Of a DNA stretch of 64,000 nucleotides, positions 43,964 through 55,256 are shown piece by piece (within the stretch, counting starts at the first letter, position 1; each line of letters opens with the position of its first letter). The stretch covers positions 1,054,001 to 1,118,000 of the forward strand of contig NC_027218.1 of assembly GCF_000981445.1 (NCBI RefSeq), in the 5' to 3' direction. The DNA comes from Babesia bigemina. Lineage: Eukaryota. The notes below the pieces were generated by a model. The model made no database searches and was not told where the DNA came from. It saw nothing but the letters and a program-made list of their open reading frames with translations. The translations under genes were made by a program, and so were the position numbers.

Positions 43964-44719
43964 ATGGGTGCCAACAACAGCAGCAACCGCAGCCGCCCAC
44001 AGACACACCCCTTCGGAGTGGACCTCACTCGCTGCCTCGACTGTAGGTGTTCAATCGCCCGGTAACACGCGTTCGCAGCGGCCTGCATGACCCTCATCAT
44101 GCTCCTGGTGTCCTGCGCGTTCCTATTCATGTTCGGCGAGACCCTGAGGATGGTGGAGCGCACGACCTACGCGCGTGAGGAGTACGTCAGGAGGTTCCTG
44201 AACCGCCTGTTCCCGTTCCGCGTACGTTGCTCAGTCGCGCCTGCGAATGTTGCGCAGCTTAACTTCGACTTCAACCTCACCCACGCCCTGCTGTTCTGCA
44301 TCTGCATGCTGCTCATCAGCTTCAGGTACGTTCAGGGCACACTTTGTCCAGATCCGGTGTTGTTGTGATATACGTGGGGGGCGCTGTAGTTGATATGGTA
44401 GATGTTGGGTTCGCCTTCCTGAGTACAGCCCGGTCACATTCGTCGTTGTTTCATCCCCGTGGTGAAGCAGTCGGCGTACCTGATGTAGTGCCGCTGCCTG
44501 TCTATGCCAACGCTGGGGCGGCCCTCTCAGTTTGACCCGCAACGAACGTGTAACTGTGTAGCGGTGGGCTGTATGCGGTTGTGAAATGCATGTTATGGTA
44601 CATATGGACCTTTGTACCCTCCAGTGGCATTACTCATACTATGCAGGGGTGAGATCCCGGCTATGAGCGAGACCGCGGTGCCCGTCAAGGAAGCCGAGGA
44701 GCGCAGAAAGGGGCGCTAA
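43964..44719 (+). CDS. Small two-TM membrane protein with possible N-myristoylation; exons 43964-44042, 44079-44221, 44258-44325, 44647-44719
   Basis: MGANNS start in AAAATG context, GT-AG introns in frame, two hydrophobic helices. Confidence 0.7.
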
Positions 44720-44823
44720 GGCGCACGGCGGCTCAGCGGCGATAACACCCGAACGGCCTCTCTAATTGATACCTTTGCTAGTGGTAGTGTGCTCATGTTT
44801 AAGGCGATGTGTTTTACAATGCT

Positions 44824-47088
44824 TCACATGTCGACGTCCCGCAGTGTCGATAGGCCGAGCGTGAGTAGCACGTTCTCCGGCGTGTACGCGACCTCCCTGA
44901 TCTGCGAGTCGGTGGTCCTGAACGCGTTGGTGAGCTTGATGGCGCCGTCGTCGTTGAACTGGGCGAACCGCTCGATGCGCTTGGTGAACAGGTCCTGCTT
45001 GTCCGGCTCGGTGGTCTCCGTGGGCCAATCACGCGTTCCTGGCGCATTATGACGAGGCGCTTAGAATCTCCGCTTACCATTGACGTTCCAGAGCGAGACC
45101 ACGCCGCCGTCCGACACCGCGAGCTCCGAGGTGCCGTGGTTGAAGTCCATGGCGATCACGGGGTCGCTGTGGCCCAGCAGCACCTGCATCCGTTTCCGCT
45201 GGTAGAGGTCGAACACCGACACGTGCGTGCCGTTGGCGGCCGCGAAGAGGCGCCCGTTCTTGGCGATTGCGATTATGTTGCTGTGGGCGTGGCTGTACCT
45301 GAACCCGCAGGGGGCGGCCTCCATGACGATCTCGCAGCCGGACGTGCGGAGGTCCCAGAACCGGATGTTGCCGTCGGAGCACGGCGTGGCCAGCAGCGAC
45401 GAGTTGGGGTGGAACTTGAGCCCCAGGCAGTCGGCCTGGGCAGTCCGCAGCAGCCGGAGCGGGAAGCTGCGGTCGGTGGCCCAGAGCCTGGCGGCGCCGT
45501 CCGCCTCACACGACGCGAAGTAAAACCCGTACGGCGAGTAGTCCAACTCCATGACGGGGCTGTCCCCGCCGCGGTACACGCACCGCGTGGACCTGGAGCC
45601 CATGACCCACAGCCGCACCTCGCCGTCCACGCCCCCGGAAAGCATCACCTGGCCGCACTCGCCGAACTTGAGGCTCTGCACCGAGCCGTCGTGACCGTGC
45701 AAGATGCCCTCGCCGGAGCCGGCGCCCTCCTTCTGCTGGTCGCCGTTGGCGGGCGCGCTCTTGCTGTGCATCATCCGGGCCACGGTGGTGTTGCCGGCGC
45801 ACTTCGTGACGCAGCGCGTGGCGATGCTCTCGCCCAGCACCGGCGCGACGTCCTTGACCGCGTTCGCGCACTCCGAGGTGACGAGGTCCCAGAGCAGGAT
45901 CCCGCCGTCGTCCAGACCCAGCGCGGCGAACCTGCCGTCGAAGGCGGAAATCGCGCAGCTGGTGCTCCTGAGCACGTTCTGCAGCGTGTAGCTGAGCAGC
46001 ATCGACTTCCCCTCGGGCACCCGGCACTCCCTCTGGCAGTACAGGAGGCCCCGCAGCGACTGGTGGTAGTCGGTGCCCTGCTTGGGGAGCGGCACCAGCT
46101 TGTCGGGGTCCTCGATGATGGCGTGCTCGCCGGTGATGGTCTCCATCATCTGCCTGCCGTACTCCTGCTGCAGCTCCTCCGCGACCAGCTCGCCCGGCAG
46201 CCCCAGCGGCACGTACGGCGCCTCGGCCTTGGCCAGCAGCTCCGTGCTCTTGGACTGGTGCACCCGGAGCTCGTTGTCGAAGTCCCTGATGTACAGCCCG
46301 TGGAACGGACGCTTGAACTTGTGCGCCGTCGTGGGGTCGATGCCGTGCTTTGCGATAAAGTGCCTCCTGAACAGGTGACCCTGGCTGTGGTTGAACGTCT
46401 CGCCGTCGAGGAACTCCACGCCCTCCTTGATCACGTCGTCCACCAGGGAGCCCTCGTTGTTGTTCAGCCAGCCCAGCATGACCCGCATGGCCCGCTTAGA
46501 CAGGATCACGTAGTACTTCTTCTGCAGGAACACGCGCTGCCGGATCAGTGGCGAATTGGCCAGCTGGTCGGGGAACAAAAACTCCAGCAGCTGCTTGACG
46601 AAGTGGCCGAACTTTGCCTCGAAAACGAACGCGAACTGCTTGAGGAACCGCCGGCCTGGTCACGTGTTTCTCGCCTCAACCCAGCTTACCGTGTTCCGCC
46701 GACGTGCGGAAGAGCTTCACGTATATCTCGAGGTACGCCACGAAGCACACATCCAGCAGCTCCGCCCGCGAGCGGTTGAGGCTGCTGATCGCCCATGATA
46801 TCATGCGTTCGAGCTCAGTGACGTAGGCGTGGAAGAACTCTTCGGGAGTCCGTTGAGTTGCCTGCGCGTCGTGAGCTCCGACACCGGAATTCCGCCGCAA
46901 CCGCTTCCGTTTGCACTGCCGACACAGCGGCACGCGCACGATTATCCCGTGAGGAGAGCGGCGGCAGCGTTACGTACCTTAGCCTTCGAGTTGTCCGTTG
47001 GAGGCGCCTCGTCGACGCGTTCCGGCAAATCGCTGGGAGACTCCCGCGGCCGTTTAACGGCGACGGAGTAAAGATTCTGGTTGTCCAT
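44824..47088 (-). CDS. TAF5: TFIID subunit TAF5-like WD40 protein; exons ~47088-46978, 46915-46690, 46655-45078, 45038-44824
   Basis: NTD2-like segment (ISWAISSLNRSRAELLDVCF..YLEIY), WD40 repeats (SPYGFYFASCEADGAARLW, FHPNSSLLAT..SDGNIRFWD) and terminal YTPENVLLTLG. Confidence 0.8.
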
Positions 47089-47250
47089 AATTTGCCGTGA
47101 TTGTGTCTGCGCAGAAGAGCCAGTGGCTGAGTCGGTGCCCCCTAACATGCCGTCGACACAGACGGCGTGTTACCGGCACTCGCCGTGGCGGCGTCACACA
47201 ACTATCGTTACAAAAAAGCGCTGTTTGCGGCTAACGGTGGCACACGGATG

Positions 47251-49230
47251 CTACCCGTATTTGTCTATGATGGACTGCAGCTTCTCCGCGGCGGATTCCA
47301 CATGTGTGTCCTCGGGCTCCTCCGGCCGCTTCACCTCCAGGCATCCCACGAGCCCGGCGTCGTCGTAGGGGGCCAGCTGCCGTTCACCGCGGCCAACCAG
47401 GGCGTCGCACACCTTAACAGCCGCCGGTATCTCCTCCAGCAGCGGCACTGCGGGGGTGCCCATGGGCTTGGGGAGCACGACGATGCCGTTGCCTGCCTGG
47501 CGCTCCGTCGCGCACCCTTCCGCCAGCCAGCCGCGGTGCAGCTCGACATTGTAGTGCGCCGCACCGTTGTCGCTAGCGAGCTCGTGGGACGTGTACGTCG
47601 CCATGGCCGTCGCCTCCAGCCCGAAGCCGCTCTGTGACGCCATGGCGCTGCAGCAGCGCAGCAAGCGGCTGACGGTCGGGTGGCTGCACTCGGCGAAGGA
47701 GTTGAACTCCGCGGGGGGGTGGTAATCCACTGTCATCAGGTAGATGATGTACTTGTTCGCCGGCGCGGCGTCCGCGTCGAACCCCGTCTGCAGGAGGTAC
47801 ATGGGATCCCGGCACTGCGGGCCGCCATCTGCCTCCGCGGGCCTGGGCAGCACAACGGCCATGTTGAGGCCTGCAAGCAGCGGTTGTTGCAGTATCAGCG
47901 TGACGACGTGCAGCCGTCTCGCTTGTCTCGAGGAGCGTGCGGAATCCCCGGGCGCTGTCGGGGCGAAGTGGGCGGCATCTCCCGCCGTCACCTCGTCGCC
48001 AATCAACAACACCTTGGTGCGCACCTTGAACCCGTTTGTTAGGGTCACTGCACTTAGCTTGTTGTGCGCGTCGGCCTCTAGCGACGCGACACCCGTGCCC
48101 AGCATGATGGTTGCACCCAGGACGGCGCTCACTCTGGCGAACGCCTGGACGACATCACCCGTACCGTACATGGGGTATAAAAATGGCGCCTCTGACTGCC
48201 CGTAGACCCCGATAGATTGTATATACTTCAGCAGCCGTCGGATGCCGTCTTGCTTGGTCCAGGCGACCACGTCCTCTCCCCCGAGACAGATGCCGTGGCT
48301 GAACATGTCGATCATGTTCTGCGTGCAGCCCTGGTCTCGCAGGAACTGCAGCCAGTTGCTGTCCGGCTGGTCAACCGTCAGCGTGTCTAGCGTGCTCTTG
48401 CTCTCTTCCTTCGAAGCGCTCGCCTTCAACGACATTGACGAGAACTGCGGTAGGTAGTGGTCGGCGGCCAAGTTGGTCAGCATTTGCATCAGCACACGTT
48501 TCTCCATCGGAGAGAGGAGCTGGGACCTGCAGATGGCGTTCCTGCTGTTGGGGATCTCGTGAAGGGTTATGCGGCCGCCCTCCTCTGCCGGCTCGTAGCC
48601 GTACAGCATGGGCCCCTTGGTGTCGGTGAAGTGGATGTAGTTGTGCGCCCCCGAATTCAGCAGCAGGTCCACAACTGCGCTCCTCGCGAACATGAGTTTC
48701 GGCCACATGTCCAGTGCGTACTTGTTGCTCTCGGAGTAGAGGTGGTCAAGCGCCTCGAGCTCATTCAGCCCTTGCTGCGCAAATGGCGCCAGCTCGAAAA
48801 GCACGCGCGGATGCGACTCCTTGTTGGCATACATTGTGTTTAGCGTCTCCTGCAGTCGTTCCACGTGTAGCCTGCGCATATCCGCCTGCGACCCCTTTTG
48901 ACTTATCGGCTGGCGGTGCTGGTCATCCGAAACTCCAGGCGCATTTTGGTCGCCATCCACATGTTCAGACCTGGCGGACTCTGCCATTTCTGAAGCTATT
49001 TTGGCTCGCATGGCCTCGAATTGCTCGCGCAGGCGGTCTACCCGGTTGAGGCAGCGCGACTCAGGCATCTCCAAGAGGTGTTTGACCGTGGATGTGCGCA
49101 TCGCCTGTCCGTAAATCACATGCCGGTCTATCATCAAGACCTTGTGGCCATCGTGCGACAGGCAGGCGGCGACAACGGCCGCAGTCAGCCCCGTGCCGGT
49201 GATCACGGCGTCCACTTGTAATTCGGCCAT
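47251..49230 (-). CDS. Rab escort protein (Rab GGTase component A; GDI/REP family)
   Basis: DAVITGTGL...AACLS..GHKVL.IDRH..YG, PKLMFARS..VDLL, IPNSRNAI...LS..EKR.LM and FLYPMYGTGDVVQAFAR.SAV.G. The long insert after the first conserved region favours REP over GDI. Confidence 0.85.
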   Translation of the reverse strand: MAELQVDAVITGTGLTAAVVAACLSHDGHKVLMIDRHVIYGQAMRTSTVKHLLEMPESRCLNRVDRLREQFEAMRAKIASEMAESARSEHVDGDQNAPGVSDDQHRQPISQKGSQADMRRLHVERLQETLNTMYANKESHPRVLFELAPFAQQGLNELEALDHLYSESNKYALDMWPKLMFARSAVVDLLLNSGAHNYIHFTDTKGPMLYGYEPAEEGGRITLHEIPNSRNAICRSQLLSPMEKRVLMQMLTNLAADHYLPQFSSMSLKASASKEESKSTLDTLTVDQPDSNWLQFLRDQGCTQNMIDMFSHGICLGGEDVVAWTKQDGIRRLLKYIQSIGVYGQSEAPFLYPMYGTGDVVQAFARVSAVLGATIMLGTGVASLEADAHNKLSAVTLTNGFKVRTKVLLIGDEVTAGDAAHFAPTAPGDSARSSRQARRLHVVTLILQQPLLAGLNMAVVLPRPAEADGGPQCRDPMYLLQTGFDADAAPANKYIIYLMTVDYHPPAEFNSFAECSHPTVSRLLRCCSAMASQSGFGLEATAMATYTSHELASDNGAAHYNVELHRGWLAEGCATERQAGNGIVVLPKPMGTPAVPLLEEIPAAVKVCDALVGRGERQLAPYDDAGLVGCLEVKRPEEPEDTHVESAAEKLQSIIDKYG

Positions 49231-51100
49231 CTTGGTAGGCAGCTGCACGGCTTTACCGGCTCGTGTCTAGCAGACCTAATGATGTAAAACCTGTTTCCGA
49301 CAAGATTCCACCGAACATACCCGCATCAGCAGGTAGTGTAGTGACGAGTCAAGTTACCACGCGCTGTCGTTGGTATCTGCCTGACGCCCGGCAGACGCGC
49401 CTCTCAAACGCAGGCACGCCAGCGAATTAGCAGCAGCTAATAGTGATGACCGATTGGCTAGGTAACTGGTCTGCTGTGTAACCGAGACTTATGTGAGTTC
49501 CACATGCCGACTCCACGGAAGGCCGATGGACCCGGTTGTGTACCGCGTTATCGGCCTTAAACCGATCGCCGCACGTGACACATCATATTATTGCAGTGTG
49601 GTGTCATATATTGGTAAGGATTACGGTGCTGCATACGACTAATGCCTCCAATACACTAACGGCCGTTCCAAAGCTGCGCCAAGCTTGTGTATGTCACCTA
49701 GGTAACAACACCAACCCTGGTGCTCTCAGCCGTATCTGCATATGCTTACACACACACAGTTATGCCCTGTCTTTGTGCATGTGCGCAGTATTTTGACTGC
49801 CTCGGCCAGACGGTTCCCCCACCCGAGCAGGTCGCGCGACGCGTTCACGGATGTGTATGCGCTGCGCACATCGGGTTCAGACAACACTGAATCCGCTTGT
49901 AGAAGGTAACAGTGGTCCGAATTGACGTGCGGTGTCGGGCGTACACCTTGAGAGCCGGAAGAATAGACGTTACACTAGGTGAGTCTTGCGCGACTGTGAA
50001 TTCGCTTTCATTCGACGCGTTAACGAGCCAGGTGTATATGATGGTGTAACTGGCTCTTGTGTTAGTGTGACTGGTGACTGTTTTCTCCGGTTAGATTTGT
50101 GGAACACCTATCTGTAGCTGAGTGAGTGTCCTGTGTACTTGAGTGATGCAAACGTCCTATCTTGGTGGGTAAATGCCGCCTTGTGATTACCGTGAATGAT
50201 GTAGTGATATGTGTGTGTTGTTTATTGCTATACTGCCGTGGTGTGTACGGTGTTTAGCAGCACTGAATGCGTGAGTTCGATTGATACCCGTGTTTGCCTT
50301 TGATGCTCAACTCTGCAAGCCTACCAGTTCAGATATTATATCGCGATTGCGTCGTTCGTCCATTAATGGTTGGTGTGTGTTGATAGCCGTCGGTTGATGC
50401 TGCATACGTCCCTTACGTAAACCATACTCTGCTGCTGTGTCTAGGTTCATCATACATGCTCTCATTTAGTGTGTGATTGCTCCGTCATTCAGATAGACCC
50501 TGTGCACGCCTACCATCATAATTTCCATACGCCGGTTTCATAGATGCGCAGCCTTGACTTAATAAGACACGCTGCCCGAAAGAGGCTCTAGAACGTCATT
50601 TCCAAGGTTCAAGGGCTCGCAATCTGGGTATTGGCATGGAAGTTAGAGTGATACATAACGGTGTTTGAAGATCAACGCGCTTGAAAGGGTGACGTGGCCT
50701 GCTACACAAGGGTCCTTAAACGGAAGACTACGTTGGGATGGTGGATGTTTAGTTGACCTTGCTGCCGGACAATGCAGTGGGATAACACGACAGTACATAA
50801 GTGTTAGCCTTTTGAACGTGCATTCAGGGGCTGCATCGCCACTCTACTGCTTTCGTCTGGTCGGATGTAGGCAGCGTCGAGGTCATCTGTGCTGGCACTT
50901 CGATCAAGAGTACACTGGGCACAAGGTTATGGAGTGTCCGTGTAGGAACTTATTTGGATTCGTATGTATATTTACAAGTTATCTGCAGTTTAACGTGGAA
51001 TAAACCAACACAGTTGCCCGCGATTTTGCATGCAAGTATTGTAGGCCTCAGCTGAAGGCCTGCTTTTTAAATTGTTCGGACCATCAATCGCTACGTCGAA

Positions 51101-54100
51101 ATGTGGGCACATAACCGAGTGAACCTGCGCAAGTCGGTGCGCGATGCCCTGCGGTACCGACCGATCGTGGATGGCTCGCAGCTGATGAATGAGCTGCTGA
51201 GCCTGGAGAAGGTCGAGCGCCACTGGGAGGTCGGGTTCAGGCGCCGGTTCTTGATGAGCAAGGAGGCAGACTGGCGAGCCATCGCGCAATCGTACATGGT
51301 AGGAGCCACGCAATGGGACATCGGGGCGCTGTTGAGCGGTGCCCTGCTGATGGCGTCCTTGTACGGCATGCTGTCTGCCTCTCCCGTCGCCATGGTCGTC
51401 GCCTTTTTCGCCATGTGCAACATGCTGCAGCTGCGGTTGCACCGCGACAGGCTCACGCTGCACTTTTGCCTCACCGCGTGCTTGGGGTACATCGTGCTGA
51501 TGGTGGAACTCCTCGTCGTGGATCCGAAGCACGCCGTGAACTACGGAGGCATCACCACGATACTTGGGTGTATATTCCTGCACCTGATCGTGCTCATCCT
51601 GCTCGCGCGCTACACCATCGGGCGCATGTTCGAGCGGTTCGCGGACTCTTGTATGCAGTTCAGGGTCCCGTCGCTGCTGGAGTTCCAGTCGTTGGTGACG
51701 GGGGTGGTGGCCGGGCTGGGCGCCATGTTTGTCGTCTGCCGCCTGTACTGCCTCGCTTTCACGGCCTTCGTCACGGTCTGTTTCGTGTTGTTCTCGAGGC
51801 TGCCGTCCCCCGCGGCGAGACGGCCGGACAATGTCGACGTTACCGGGCGGTTGAACGTTCCATCGCGCCAATCGGCCAGCCGGAGCTTTTTGGAGGCGTG
51901 CCTGCCAGTGGTGCGGTGCCTCATCAGCGTCATGTTCATCGCCGCGGCGTTATGCGTCTGCTTTGCGAGCGCGATTGACGACCATGTGCTGTCCCTGACT
52001 TCCCAGGGGTCGTTCAGGAAGTGGGCAACCGAGCACGGCCAGGCTGACGAGTTCGTCCCCCCCTTCCGAAGCTTGGCGTACATGCTGGCGATCATGTGCG
52101 GGATCATCCTGGCCGTGCAGATCGTCAAGCTGGTGCAGCTGTTGCTGAATTCGCCGCGGCTGCGTAGGGCGCTGGAGCACAGCACCGTGTTCATGGGCAA
52201 GGGTTGCCTGGGGCGCCATGGCGACCTGGTGTACGCCTACCACAACTACTCCCTGGACAGGATGGGGAAGGTTGTTACCGTTCACACCATGGGGAAGCAG
52301 CCGCTGATGGTCTGTGACCGCTCGACCCTGACCTGCTACGACATCTACCTGGCCATGCAGCGCCGTGCGCTCCACGCGCTCAGCCTGCAGTCGTACTTCT
52401 GCTACGTGCCCATCGCGTACCTCTACTCGACCGAGCGCGACTGCAACGTCCAGCTGCGCACACGCGTGAAACTGGAGCAGATGGCCACCGAGCTGGAGCA
52501 CCTCATCGATCGCGAGCGGCGCCGCCGCCGTGCAGCGCGCAGGGAGCGACAGCGGCGACTCGAGCTTGAGAAGGCCATGCGAAACAGGCCGGAATTCATA
52601 TCCGCGTCCATCCCTACTGACGTCGGCGTGCACGTGGTGCCCGTGCTGCACGACAGCTACCAGGAGGCGCGCGAGGAGGAGATGTCGCGCCATAGGTCGA
52701 TGTCCATCCCGGTGAACCTGAGCCTCTGCAACGTCAGCGACCTCGCGCCGGTGTCGTCGCTGCGCAACAGCATGTACCAGCGCCGCTGCGTCACGACCGC
52801 CGTTGGCGACGACTTCTACCTGCGCCGCCGCACCATCATCGACAGGGTGCGCTGCTCGTGGCTGGAGCACCCCTCCGAATCGTTCCCGTCGTTCGAGCCC
52901 CTGGTGCCGACGAGCCCCAGGGTGTACCGCGACCCCAACCGCGGCGACTTCAACTTCAACACCATCGACTCGGCGCTCTCGTCCGTGTTCCGCGGCCTCG
53001 AGCTCATGAAGACGACCGAGACTATGGTGGAGAGGACTCCGCAGCGACTGCGCGGCCCGCCCTACAACAAGTACAAGCTCGACCCGACCGACATATACCC
53101 GCTCAATTTCGACAGCGGCCACCGCAGAGAAGTCAAGCGGGCCGGCGGTGATATGCTGAGCTGCAGCCCAAGCGTGAAGGCGGAGCTGCCTGACGACGTG
53201 GTGGTGACGATCGACATGGGCGACGCCACGCCAATGCAGTCGCGGCTGGAAACTGAGGAGCTAGACCCCCAGAGCGCCCATGTTAGCAGGGGCGTGACCC
53301 CGCAGTCCGCCATCTTCAGCGATGTGCACGCCGACCCGTCGCCGGGGCAGTTTATGGACGCTTTCGAGGTGCATGAACCGGTGCAGTTCATCGACATAGG
53401 CTCGGCGAAGAGCAGCATTGGCCCCATTGACCTGTCGGCAGAGCAGATCAGGAGCGGTTGTGGCGCTGGCCACACGGACTCCCTCGGCAAGTGGCACTGG
53501 CTGGACAACGCCGTCAACACCGCGCTGACCGGCAACGGCGTGGCGATGTCAAGCATACGGTCAGACCCCACGATCCACACCGACCGGGAGGAGTTTGAGC
53601 GCCGGAGGCCGCTGGAGGAGATACTGGAGGGCGAGTACTACATCAACGACAAGGGCGAGCTCGTGGTGAAGAACGACAGCCGGTACGTCCCGGTGCGTTA
53701 CCACGGCGAGCGCAGCGTCAAGCGGCTGACCGAGTTCTACAACAGCGGGCGCCAGCGGGCCATCGAGCACGGGGTCAGCGGCACTTCATCCGACAAGGAA
53801 GGCCACAGCCACGGGGTGCAGTCTCTCAACCTGACGAGCTCCCCCCTCCACATGCACGCGCTCAGTGCGCTATCCGATGATATCCTGCCCATGGAGGCGC
53901 TGAGTCGCCGCGTCTCGCACCACCTTATCATCACGGACTCCGTGAAGTGCGACCTGGAGGCGGGGGCCATGAATGCGGAGTCGGAAAGCGAGCTGTCGGA
54001 GACGGTTTCATTCACCGAGTTCGAGACTGACGACCGCCCCGAGTTTGTGGTGACGCGCGAATACGAGCTGTACTCGCCGTTTAACCTCACCCGTATCTCA

Positions 54101-54805
54101 GCAGGCCCGGGGCAATCGCTACAACGCTCACGGATTTCGGACCGGTCGCAGAAGCAGGCGAGCGACTCCTCGTACGCGCCACTCTCGGGTTCGGGTACCG
54201 ACGATGCCGAGGGCAGCCGTGCAGGCGGCGAGAGCGGCCTGGCGGAGGGCACAGATGGCGAGGGCGCCACCTACCGTGACCGTTCGTTGGACACCAGCGC
54301 GGACTCGCTGGAGACCTTCGGCGATATCAGCCCACGCGAGCTGCGCAAAATCGCAGCGGCGCGTCACCTGCCGCTGGCGCTGGACTCGAGGCAGGAGAAG
54401 GTGTTCTCAATCTGTCCGCAGCCGCGCAGGCACGGTGCAGCGGTCGCGGCGTCACGCTCCAAACAGGAGGAGTACGTGGACTCCGTCGCCACCACCCCCG
54501 TTGAGCTACGCCGCCACAAGATAAACGGCAGCAGCGGGTGCGACTACCGCAACCGGTACGCCGACAGCGCGGACGGTTCGGTGACGTCCCCCAGCTCTTC
54601 CTTGGCGACGCCGTCGCCGACCACGGGCTCATCGCGCCCCGTCATTCCCCAGCGCAGGTGGCGCAACGAGTTCGACTTCTCGCCGATCGCCGTGCACTCC
54701 ACGGAGGACGTGTTGCGCGAGCTCATGCAGGACATCGACATGGTGGACTCGGCGGTGGAGGACCACGCCTCCGACGTCAGCCACGACTTCATCTTCGGCC
54801 GTTGA
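51101..54805 (+). CDS. Hypothetical multi-pass membrane protein (1234 aa; ~8 N-terminal TMs, long acidic/Ser-rich tail)
   Basis: Long ORF with GC3 bias. Hydrophobic helices within residues ~70-350, followed by a coiled-coil/Arg-rich segment. Confidence 0.85.
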   Translation: MWAHNRVNLRKSVRDALRYRPIVDGSQLMNELLSLEKVERHWEVGFRRRFLMSKEADWRAIAQSYMVGATQWDIGALLSGALLMASLYGMLSASPVAMVVAFFAMCNMLQLRLHRDRLTLHFCLTACLGYIVLMVELLVVDPKHAVNYGGITTILGCIFLHLIVLILLARYTIGRMFERFADSCMQFRVPSLLEFQSLVTGVVAGLGAMFVVCRLYCLAFTAFVTVCFVLFSRLPSPAARRPDNVDVTGRLNVPSRQSASRSFLEACLPVVRCLISVMFIAAALCVCFASAIDDHVLSLTSQGSFRKWATEHGQADEFVPPFRSLAYMLAIMCGIILAVQIVKLVQLLLNSPRLRRALEHSTVFMGKGCLGRHGDLVYAYHNYSLDRMGKVVTVHTMGKQPLMVCDRSTLTCYDIYLAMQRRALHALSLQSYFCYVPIAYLYSTERDCNVQLRTRVKLEQMATELEHLIDRERRRRRAARRERQRRLELEKAMRNRPEFISASIPTDVGVHVVPVLHDSYQEAREEEMSRHRSMSIPVNLSLCNVSDLAPVSSLRNSMYQRRCVTTAVGDDFYLRRRTIIDRVRCSWLEHPSESFPSFEPLVPTSPRVYRDPNRGDFNFNTIDSALSSVFRGLELMKTTETMVERTPQRLRGPPYNKYKLDPTDIYPLNFDSGHRREVKRAGGDMLSCSPSVKAELPDDVVVTIDMGDATPMQSRLETEELDPQSAHVSRGVTPQSAIFSDVHADPSPGQFMDAFEVHEPVQFIDIGSAKSSIGPIDLSAEQIRSGCGAGHTDSLGKWHWLDNAVNTALTGNGVAMSSIRSDPTIHTDREEFERRRPLEEILEGEYYINDKGELVVKNDSRYVPVRYHGERSVKRLTEFYNSGRQRAIEHGVSGTSSDKEGHSHGVQSLNLTSSPLHMHALSALSDDILPMEALSRRVSHHLIITDSVKCDLEAGAMNAESESELSETVSFTEFETDDRPEFVVTREYELYSPFNLTRISAGPGQSLQRSRISDRSQKQASDSSYAPLSGSGTDDAEGSRAGGESGLAEGTDGEGATYRDRSLDTSADSLETFGDISPRELRKIAAARHLPLALDSRQEKVFSICPQPRRHGAAVAASRSKQEEYVDSVATTPVELRRHKINGSSGCDYRNRYADSADGSVTSPSSSLATPSPTTGSSRPVIPQRRWRNEFDFSPIAVHSTEDVLRELMQDIDMVDSAVEDHASDVSHDFIFGR

Positions 54806-55256
54806 ACAGGCCGCAATCGCACCTATGGACAACAAACCGACAACGGTGATAATGTTACCAACTGTATGTTGTGGCGATCCCATGTGAGCGGCGGCTTGCG
54901 GCGCTCTTTTCTCAACACAACTCCATGCTGACTTGCTAGTTTTACTTATCAGGGTGCTGTTTGTTTGTAGTGTCGTGTAATGTTAACTTAATGTTGCGCA
55001 TCGCGTATTTTCAAGCGATACGCACTGCCCGCTGCAACGCGCAGGGGTGAAAACAAGCATTCGTTGGATGCCGCTTTAACTATGCTAACGTTTCCCGAAG
55101 TACATTCTAACTGGGTTGCGGAGACACGGAAATCTTGGTTGCCTGGTGGAGGGGAAGGGGGCCTCAGGCACGACGTAAGTAAACGGATGCTTTGCTCAGC
55201 CGATGCTGTATGGGCCGATAATATTATCAACGTGGAGTGGGGGCTCGCCAACGCGC

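Noticed and set aside
45049..46779. 576-aa plus-strand ORF
   Set aside because: Antisense shadow of the high-GC3 TAF5 gene; no recognisable motifs.
49340..49520. Box C-like GTGATGA/GTGACGA motifs
   Set aside because: No properly spaced box D, terminal stem or recognisable rRNA guide.
51950..53122. 390-aa minus-strand ORF, and similar ones at 50990-51871, 39319-40170 and 31450-32380
   Set aside because: Antisense shadows of GC-rich real genes.
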